From the NCBI GenBank assembly GCA_016839515.1, contig JAEOUE010000160.1, forward strand, positions 1-35,424: a stretch of 35,424 nt of DNA. Direction: 5' to 3'. The notes under the pieces were generated by a model, which was not told where the DNA came from, made no database searches, and worked only from the letters and a program-made list of their open reading frames with translations. This document shows, one piece after another, positions 28,243 to 35,424 of this stretch. The translations under genes were made by a program, and so were the position numbers. This DNA is from Candidatus Hodarchaeum mangrovi (GTDB lineage Archaea; Asgardarchaeota; Heimdallarchaeia; Hodarchaeales; Hodarchaeaceae). How positions within the stretch are numbered: position 1 is the first letter of the stretch; each line of letters starts with the position of its first letter.

Positions 28243-31200
28243 TCATTTATCTCGTTCACTTTTCAAGGATGGAAGTAGAATAACACATACCATTACACTT
28301 AGAAGAAGAATCCATTCAAACCCCGGCGATGATTTTTGAGACGTGGTGGATTTTGGTGGATATCCGCGAATAAAAACAAAATTGATACTTTTTGGATTTC
28401 CTGCTAGATCTTGTACAGTTAATTTGATTATATGACTTCCAGATTCGAAATTTTCTGGATATAGATTCTTTTCAATATAAAATCCAGAATGAGTTTTATT
28501 AGCCTTAGGACCATTGAATCCCGTCTTTTCCCCATCAATTTGCATAAAAGCTTGAAATTGATCAATTCCAGATTCATAATCATCAAACCAGAATATTATC
28601 TCCTCTGTTTTATATAAATAGGAATTATTTTCCATTCCTTTTACTCCAATGATTGGAGGTGTTGTATCTGTAATGATCTCGAATCCTACATACTCTGAAT
28701 TCCACGAAAAGTTAAAAATTCTAATACCTTGATCAATACTTGTACTAAAATTATACCATCCATTCACACCAAAATTTGGGATTAAGTCACTGATATTAGT
28801 AGTTAAGCTTCTTGAAGGATCATGTACAACTCCTTCTATATATGCTGAGTTATTTATTGTACCATTTTGAGAAACATGAAGGGAAATAGAAATAGTTTCA
28901 TCTACTAATTCGTAAGTACCAAATAATTGGTCTTTAGCTTGTAACCATGTGAAAATCTCTTGAAGAATTAGATCATTATGAGTTTCAAAAGTTGAAATTT
29001 CATTTAAATATCCACGATTTGAAATAAAGATAGAACCTGATGTGACCACGATTCTTCCTCCCAAAGGATAATCATATGATGCCATAGCTATATTTGATCT
29101 TCTATTATGATAAGCCAAAGCCATAGCAGGGTTCTCTATACTAAAAAAAGACCCTGATACATCAAAGTAATCGGCTGAACTACCAATAGGAGAAAGATGT
29201 TGTATCGTCGCAGGTGTTATGCCTATTGAAGGGGTAATTTCATTTGTAAATATTCCCCAATCTTTTAATAGGGACTCCATACCTAGAGGAGTACTTATTG
29301 GGGAAAGAAGAAGAGCTCCCCCCTTCTTCACATAATCCTTAATCGTTTCTTGTTCTGTAGCATTTATTAATGAATTTCGGTTTTTATAGTCCAAGTAATA
29401 GAAAAAGCTATCCACATAATATTCTTTATATGTTATATTGCTTGCCACTAACCAAATCACGTCATATTCATTTAAAAGTGAAGTAGTGAGATATGCTTTA
29501 TTTTCATTGAGAACAATTCCTTTTTTTGAAAGATCAAAAATCATGTTTCTAAAATCACCAAGGCTATTATATGCAAAATCAGCGGTAGTGCGTGTATGTA
29601 GAAGAACTTGTTTAGATGCCAGTCCAATAGTGAACAAATATGGAAAATCTAATAGAATGGTGTCATTAACTTTGAATACTATTCTACCAGAGTATTGACC
29701 TATCGGAGTATCATTAGGGACATCAAAAGATAGGATTAAGTCATGGGAATAGGCTTTAGACAATAAACCATTATTAAGATCTTGGATACTATATCTTAAA
29801 CCATTACCTGTATAATTGACTAAAACCTGTTCTTTAATATTCAAATAATTAGAGATATTTCCTTCTATAGTGACGGAAACGTTTTCCATCTCTGAAGAGA
29901 CAAAAGTAAAATGAGCTGATTTATAAACCATTCCTTGTAGAAGATTCGGTATAGGATATGTCCCAGGAACATAATTACTAATATTTAAAGGATTTGTAGC
30001 AGCATAAATTGGGTGGTTGTTAATTTTTGTTGCATTCATTAGTGCTAAGTATGCATTATAAACATTAATTTGTCCTGTTCCATGTTCCCAAGGATTATCT
30101 GAAATTATTGGCATAGCTGTACCCATTAAAGAAGCTTTCAGAGTTCCTGGATTAACTTCTAAACCTTCCTGTCTCATAGCACTTAGTAATACTGCTGCAG
30201 CTCCTGCTACATGAGGAGAGGATTGAGATGTACCATCAGTTGTAAAATATCCTCCTTCAGGAGATGTAGTAGGAATATTTGTTCCAGGTGCCACAACATC
30301 TGGTCCCATAGCATTGGTACCCCATACAGGGCCAGTACTACTATAGATAGCTCTTGATACCATACTTTCTCCTGTTGCTCCAACACTTATCTCATCAATA
30401 AGATTTGTTCCATCAATTCTGTAATCTCCACCTCCTAAATTACCAGCAGAGTGGACAAACAATACTCCATTTTCAATCGCCCGTCTTATTGTATAATAAC
30501 CTATTCTTTCATTAGGATCCAGTAACATGTTCCATGTACCAGTTTCTGGGTCAGTTGGACCATAACTACGATTAATAATATCAACACCATTCTCAATTGC
30601 CCAATTAATTGCTGCAATCTCTCCTAAAACAGTTGTTTCAAGGGAACTGTCAGAGGTTTCATCCATATCTGCATCAAGAAGCCATGATTCTGGGGCCATA
30701 CCCTTTTTGGATGAATCATTTATACCACCTCCCGCAGCAAAACCCGCAACTCCTGTTCCATGAAAGTCCGGAGTATTTGTTTTATTTTCTGAATTACCAT
30801 AAATTGTATTTATAAAGCTTTGAGAACCTAGAATTCTAGAGGTTCCATTAGGAAAACTGAAGTCAGGATGTCCTGCAAAAACTCCAGTATCAAATATTCC
30901 AATAGTTACTCCTTGTCCTTTAAAACCAAGTCCCCACATTTGAGTAACCCCTATTTTAGCTGCAGTTGCTTCTGTCTGGATATAAGGAGTAATTGTGGTT
31001 GGTGGAGAATGATGTAATACCATATTCCGTGGAGATTTTCTAATATGAAAAATATTAGACTGAGTTACCACTCTAGATTCTTTCACAAGTGAATCAATAG
31101 TTTTAGGGGTTGTATAAATCACTACTCCCTTTAATCCACGAAAAATGATTTCTACAGGATATTTTTCTGTGAATTGCTTTAAATCCTGATCTGTATTGAA

Positions 31201-31404
31201 ATAGATCAAATATAATTGCTCGGATTCACTTTTTACTGAGATAAACCTAGATACTAATCGATTTATGTCATCAGTTGTTGGTGGGGTTGGGATATCACTC
31301 CTTGATTCGTTAGTTTTAACAAATCCTATTGAAATACACGGCGAAATTATCATTATAAGAAGGAGTAATGTCAACTGTAACTCTATTGTAATCATTTTTG
31401 GCAT
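28243..31404 (-). CDS. Cell-surface S8 subtilase with accessory domains and a PGF-type C-terminal sorting/TM segment
   Basis: Signal peptide; catalytic IFDTG, FHGTGVAG, oxyanion SAGN and GTSQSSPHVAG; Ig-like region (DTTPP...DLAGN); tail STTSQKSSPGFEW followed by a TM. Confidence 0.92.
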   Translation of the reverse strand: MPKMITIELQLTLLLLIMIISPCISIGFVKTNESRSDIPTPPTTDDINRLVSRFISVKSESEQLYLIYFNTDQDLKQFTEKYPVEIIFRGLKGVVIYTTPKTIDSLVKESRVVTQSNIFHIRKSPRNMVLHHSPPTTITPYIQTEATAAKIGVTQMWGLGFKGQGVTIGIFDTGVFAGHPDFSFPNGTSRILGSQSFINTIYGNSENKTNTPDFHGTGVAGFAAGGGINDSSKKGMAPESWLLDADMDETSDSSLETTVLGEIAAINWAIENGVDIINRSYGPTDPETGTWNMLLDPNERIGYYTIRRAIENGVLFVHSAGNLGGGDYRIDGTNLIDEISVGATGESMVSRAIYSSTGPVWGTNAMGPDVVAPGTNIPTTSPEGGYFTTDGTSQSSPHVAGAAAVLLSAMRQEGLEVNPGTLKASLMGTAMPIISDNPWEHGTGQINVYNAYLALMNATKINNHPIYAATNPLNISNYVPGTYPIPNLLQGMVYKSAHFTFVSSEMENVSVTIEGNISNYLNIKEQVLVNYTGNGLRYSIQDLNNGLLSKAYSHDLILSFDVPNDTPIGQYSGRIVFKVNDTILLDFPYLFTIGLASKQVLLHTRTTADFAYNSLGDFRNMIFDLSKKGIVLNENKAYLTTSLLNEYDVIWLVASNITYKEYYVDSFFYYLDYKNRNSLINATEQETIKDYVKKGGALLLSPISTPLGMESLLKDWGIFTNEITPSIGITPATIQHLSPIGSSADYFDVSGSFFSIENPAMALAYHNRRSNIAMASYDYPLGGRIVVTSGSIFISNRGYLNEISTFETHNDLILQEIFTWLQAKDQLFGTYELVDETISISLHVSQNGTINNSAYIEGVVHDPSRSLTTNISDLIPNFGVNGWYNFSTSIDQGIRIFNFSWNSEYVGFEIITDTTPPIIGVKGMENNSYLYKTEEIIFWFDDYESGIDQFQAFMQIDGEKTGFNGPKANKTHSGFYIEKNLYPENFESGSHIIKLTVQDLAGNPKSINFVFIRGYPPKSTTSQKSSPGFEWILLLSVMVCVILLPSLKSERDK

Positions 31405-31682
31405 TACACTTATTCCTCAAATATAGATGGCATTAAAATTGCCTTATTTATTTTCCCTCAAAAAAAATCATAATTCTAATCTTTTTTGAAGTATCAATGT
31501 ATTTAATGAACTTCAGTAGTGGATTGTTAATATTTAATATTACGAATTTGAAAATTAATTTTTAAAATTAACAGAACTTTTATGAAAAACCCATTATTTT
31601 TCTTGTCAGAGCTTAGGCTAGTTTTTAGAAACGAAGATCTTAAAAGCTAGGGTGGAATTATTATGGTTAAAGGTAGACTAAT

Positions 31683-32402
31683 ATGTCAGTAATAACCAAA
31701 AGCTTAGGAAAATGGTTTACAAAACCAGTAGAACCTTCTGAAAAAGAATTGCTGATTGATTTTATTGGTGATCTGGATTCTGTGTTAGAATCCATGGAAG
31801 ATTTAGCAGCTGACATGTATGAAGGATTTAATTCTCAGATTTTACAACAGCGATCGGTTTATTCGAAACTAATAGCACTACTACCTAATTTCTTACAACC
31901 CACTGAAATTCGTGTGCAAACAAAAAGAAGAAATGAACTTAATTCTACAAAGCTAAAAATGATGTATCTTCGAAAAACTCTCAATGAAATAGGATCATCC
32001 ATTAAACAAAAAGAATTTTCCGCAAAATCTTCTTCAGAAATTAACTTTGGCCAACAAATTTATGAATTGGCGTATCCTGGAGAGAGAATTAATACTCACA
32101 AAGTAGGAACCCTTGAAGAACGTCTTCAAATTCTTGAAAATTCATTCCTAACATCCATGGATAAAGTAAATGATCAGTTAAATGATATATCACACAATCT
32201 GAAAACTTTGAAGGATCGCCTTGATGAACAAAATGTTAAAATCGACCGAATCGATAACAAAATTTCTGAAGTGGACTCTAAATTAAAGAAAATTCAATCT
32301 TCCCTAGTTAATATATCACGGAAGTTAACCCAAAACCGTACATTATTGGCTTTGCTTGCTGGATCAGTCATTGCTTTAATCATTGTAATTATCATTATCT
32401 AA
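31683..32402 (+). CDS. Tail-anchored coiled-coil protein with a Q-SNARE-like motif
   Basis: Helical N-terminal region, an uninterrupted heptad M159-I211 centred on Q183, and a C-terminal TM (221-239) ending at the stop. Confidence 0.7.
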   Translation: MSVITKSLGKWFTKPVEPSEKELLIDFIGDLDSVLESMEDLAADMYEGFNSQILQQRSVYSKLIALLPNFLQPTEIRVQTKRRNELNSTKLKMMYLRKTLNEIGSSIKQKEFSAKSSSEINFGQQIYELAYPGERINTHKVGTLEERLQILENSFLTSMDKVNDQLNDISHNLKTLKDRLDEQNVKIDRIDNKISEVDSKLKKIQSSLVNISRKLTQNRTLLALLAGSVIALIIVIIII

Positions 32403-32551
32403 AATGGAATATAATAATGATTTCAGACTAATTAGAATGGATTCAAAGAAGTAACCTCTTCATTAGAAAAAGAATTTAAAGTAACAACTTTAAAAGGATT
32501 ATTAGATACTAAAAGTATCAAGACTGTAAGGAGAATCTAGGTGGAAACTTA

Positions 32552-33022
32552 ATGCAGAGAGATGAAATTCATCGTGAGCTCACGCGTCTGCTAAAAAGCG
32601 ATATTTCAATAAAAGTCACGCTCCTAGGCGATAGAACTGGTTTAACAATAGCCCGTGCATCAAGATTACTTGTTTCAGAAACCATGGGAGCCTTTGATCT
32701 TGAAAGCATAGGAGCTATCGCTTCTGCAGTCTTCTGTGGGGCTGCAGAACAAGGTAGTGCCCTTTCATTAGGAAGCTTAGGATTAATGCTTGCGGAGTTC
32801 TCTGATGGAAAGATTCTCACTGCTGAATGCGGGGAAAGAGGCGTACTAGTTGTTGTTGCAGAATCAGATGCTCAACTAGGACTAATCAGAGTAAAAATGA
32901 AAGAATCATCTGGAAATTTAGCTTCACAAATGGATAAAATATCTGAGCCATCAGCTGTTAAAATTAGAAAACCAGAATCCCAATCTATTATGGCAGCTTT
33001 GAAAGAATTAGAGAATTTTTAA
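32552..33022 (+). CDS. Roadblock/LC7 (MglB-like) domain protein with a C-terminal extension
   Basis: LLGDRTGLTIA, IGAIASAVFCGA, LAEFSDGKILT, VLVVVAESDAQLGLIRVKM; SD aggtgga. Confidence 0.88.
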   Translation: MQRDEIHRELTRLLKSDISIKVTLLGDRTGLTIARASRLLVSETMGAFDLESIGAIASAVFCGAAEQGSALSLGSLGLMLAEFSDGKILTAECGERGVLVVVAESDAQLGLIRVKMKESSGNLASQMDKISEPSAVKIRKPESQSIMAALKELENF

Positions 33023-33130
33023 GTTTTATAAAATTGTATGGCAAATAATTTTAACTTCAGGATCATATATTTTATGAAAGAATAATTTATAAGTGATACA
33101 AAATATTTTTTCTAACTCTGCTACTAAAAG

Positions 33131-33751
33131 GTGAAGTCGATGTCTTTTTCACAGCTTAATGATATTATGTTGAAATTAACAGATGAGGTAACAGTTCAGG
33201 TACTTAATGTGCTACTCGGGCATCGTGAGATTATTGATGAAGAGATTGTTAACATTCTCAATGAAGGATCTTCACCCGAGACTGAAGAAAATATTGAACA
33301 GGAAATAAAAGAAGAACCTGCTCCCAGAATTGCATTGAAAGAGGTTAGAAAGTCTCTATACAAATTAAACGAAAGATCACTGGCAAGATATCGACGGGTA
33401 AGGGATCGTGAAACAGGATATTTCGTTTATTACTGGAGTCCAATATGGGAGCGAATACGTGACCTTATTGTACGAAGAAGAAAATCGAGTCTTAAGAAAT
33501 TACGTCAAAGATTGGATTACGAGGAAAGAAATCTCCTTTATGTATGTGCTTCAGGACATAACCCTGTTACCTTTTCTGATGCTTTCGAACTTGGATTTAT
33601 CTGTACCACTTGTGGAGAGGAACTTTCACAGAAAGAAAATGCTCAAACCATTCATTTTCTTAAAGAAAAGATTCAAGAATTAGAAAAAGAGCTTAAAACT
33701 GGGTTAGATGAGCTGGATGGATTAGTAGAACTTCAAGAGAAAGTAAAATGA
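33131..33751 (+). CDS. tfe: Archaeal transcription factor E (TFIIE-alpha homolog)
   Basis: Winged helix EVRKSLYKL...RVRDRETGYFVYYW and zinc ribbon CxxGH...FSDAFELGFICTTCG; the start may be ATG 33140. Confidence 0.92.
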   Translation: MKSMSFSQLNDIMLKLTDEVTVQVLNVLLGHREIIDEEIVNILNEGSSPETEENIEQEIKEEPAPRIALKEVRKSLYKLNERSLARYRRVRDRETGYFVYYWSPIWERIRDLIVRRRKSSLKKLRQRLDYEERNLLYVCASGHNPVTFSDAFELGFICTTCGEELSQKENAQTIHFLKEKIQELEKELKTGLDELDGLVELQEKVK

Positions 33752-34813
33752 TTAGAAAGCCCTTCTAACAGAAAAATCTGCTATTTTCTCTAGATCTTCT
33801 CTTAATTTTTCATCCTTTAACGTGGTGGTTGTCAAAACCATTTTTGCCTTGTTTGCCCACTTTTCTGCTTCTTGTAAAACTTCATCTCTGACATTTGCTT
33901 TTTCAATCAAAGGGATACTTTTTGATATCCTTTCTTCATCACTCAAATTTGAGCTTGTAAGATATTTATGTAACAATTCAGAATCTTCTTGAGTCAATTT
34001 TTCAAAAGCTTTTACGATAGCGAAATTACCTAATTTTTGTTCAATGATATCTTTATAGACTACTTTTCCGAATTCATCAGCTGTCGCAAATAAATCAAGG
34101 TAATCATCAGCAATCTGAAATGCAATGCCTGTAGCCCAACCAAATTTTTCTGCACAAGCCTGTTCTTCTAATGAAGCTCCTCCTACTAACGCACCTAATT
34201 TACACGCAGCTGCAATCAATGCAGCAGTTTTTCCTGTTATCATCCTGCGATAATCTCTAAACGAAACATGTTTAAAGCGATGTGTTTGAAAGTATTTATG
34301 AATTCGATCTTCTTTTTGTTCAAATAAAACATCTAGTCGTTCTCCTTCAGTTAATGCTCGAATTGCTTCAGAATATATTGCAATTGTTGAATTAAAATGC
34401 TTACCTGTACCTTTTGCAGCCTCAAATACAGCTTCACGATGAATTATTCCTGATAAAATAGCAAATTCATCACCGAATTTTGCTCGAGTAGTAGGTTTTC
34501 CACGACGAAGATCTCCTCGATCAATGATATCATCAAGAATTAATGAATAAGTGTGAATTAGTTCGATTCCTGCAGCTGCTGCTTTTGCTTCATAATCGTC
34601 AGATGCAATCCCAAATGCTTTAGCAAAAATTAAAGTCAAGGCAGGACGTAATCTTTTTCCACCAGTAAAAGTCTGCCACTTTATTAAATCCTTAAAATCG
34701 TTGTTAATGCCCTTAAGTAAAAAATTATACATTAATGGCTCTACAGAAGCACCAAGAAGGCTCATTTCTTTTAAAACTTTCTCTAAAGATCTGTTATTCA
34801 TGATTGTCACCAT
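33752..34813 (-). CDS. Short-chain polyprenyl diphosphate synthase (archaeal GGPP synthase type)
   Basis: GGKRLRP, FARM DDIID with Tyr at the -5 position, RRGKPT, KTA, SARM FQIADDYLD. Confidence 0.9.
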   Translation of the reverse strand: MVTIMNNRSLEKVLKEMSLLGASVEPLMYNFLLKGINNDFKDLIKWQTFTGGKRLRPALTLIFAKAFGIASDDYEAKAAAAGIELIHTYSLILDDIIDRGDLRRGKPTTRAKFGDEFAILSGIIHREAVFEAAKGTGKHFNSTIAIYSEAIRALTEGERLDVLFEQKEDRIHKYFQTHRFKHVSFRDYRRMITGKTAALIAAACKLGALVGGASLEEQACAEKFGWATGIAFQIADDYLDLFATADEFGKVVYKDIIEQKLGNFAIVKAFEKLTQEDSELLHKYLTSSNLSDEERISKSIPLIEKANVRDEVLQEAEKWANKAKMVLTTTTLKDEKLREDLEKIADFSVRRAF

Positions 34814-34948
34814 CTTGAAGTTTTTCGATTGGTCTTTTCTTTTTTTAATACTAAATTTTAAAAAATATGTTTTAAAATTTATTTTCAGTCATCCTAAATG
34901 TATCTTATTTAAATTCTAAATTACTGAAAAAGAATAATATTGATCCAT

Positions 34949-35424
34949 TTATTGTTTTAAGGTTAATTCTTGGTGTAATATCCAATCAGAAGCTTCCTTT
35001 AAAGAATCCACAATGATTGTTGGAGAAGAATACTCTTGCAATATATCTTTATTGACTAATCCAGTTGTAAGACCAATTGTTTTCACCCCAGCCCTTGTTC
35101 CAGCAATAATATCAACTGGCATATCACCTAAAAAAAAGCTTAAGTCAGAGGATGAAGAACAGCCTTCAAAAGCTAAGATTAATCCTTCAGGGTCTGGCTT
35201 TAACTTTTTCACATCATTACGTGAAATTAATGCATTTGGATTGAAAAAATGGTACAACTCATTTTTTTCTAAAATAAAAACTAGTTGTTTTTTTGAGGCT
35301 AAAGTGAAAATACCGAGTTCAAAACCTGCCTCTTTCAATCTTGTTAAGCTATCTATTGTATCTGAAAAGGGAATAGCTGATGAATAAATTTCCTTTGCTT
35401 TCCGTACACATTGAATTGCAAAAA
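34949..35424 (-). CDS. HAD-superfamily hydrolase, 5'-partial (runs off the window end)
   Basis: The frame is open to the window edge (FAIQCVRKAKEIYSSAIPFSDT...); motif II GIFT, motif III KPDPEG, motif IV LGDMPVD, AGVKTIG. Confidence 0.85.
   Translation of the reverse strand, partial: FAIQCVRKAKEIYSSAIPFSDTIDSLTRLKEAGFELGIFTLASKKQLVFILEKNELYHFFNPNALISRNDVKKLKPDPEGLILAFEGCSSSSDLSFFLGDMPVDIIAGTRAGVKTIGLTTGLVNKDILQEYSSPTIIVDSLKEASDWILHQELTLKQ

Noticed and set aside
21490-33755. Convergent genes with abutting or overlapping stops (21492/21494, 24194-24197, 33751/33752)
   Set aside because: This is ordinary compaction in AT-rich archaeal genomes
188-35387. Short ORFs overlapping longer genes (e.g. 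188..406, 6109..6417, 13073..13411, 15819..16178, 26872..27186, 33408..33683, 35013..35387)
   Set aside because: They are antisense or off-frame shadows of well-supported CDSs and have no recognisable motifs
1-35424. CRISPR arrays, tRNAs, intact transposases or integrases, Sec/Pyl read-through
   Set aside because: I saw no regularly spaced repeats, cloverleaf-like GC-rich segments, recombinase motifs or conserved genes split by an in-frame stop

Overview
AT-rich, gene-dense archaeal chromosomal segment. It is most likely from an Asgard archaeon (Heimdallarchaeia/Hodarchaeales-like); this is inferred from TFE, an archaeal-type GGPP synthase, a PGF-type sorting tail, TATA/oligo-T signals, an MglA-like GTPase, a roadblock protein, an arrestin-fold protein and a longin-like fragment. 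The metabolic backbone is peptide scavenging and amino-acid catabolism: surface S8 and metzincin proteases, an Opp/Dpp ABC system, dispersed hutU/hutH/hutI-like genes, an M20 amidohydrolase and glutamine synthetase. Highlights: (1) a tail-anchored protein with a complete 16-layer Q-SNARE-like heptad pattern, next to a roadblock gene and tfe; (2) a tight operon encoding a ChlD-like AAA+/vWA protein with four inserted transmembrane helices plus a two-domain arrestin-fold protein, with an intact ChlI-like ATPase 14 kb away and no ChlH/CobN in the window; (3) a subtilase whose architecture resembles eukaryotic site-1 protease; (4) an insert between oppA and oppB made of a 5'-truncated RiPP-type B12 radical SAM gene joined head-to-head to a frameshifted longin-like pseudogene. 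I saw no rRNA, tRNA or CRISPR array. All homology calls come from motif recognition by eye, not from database searches.
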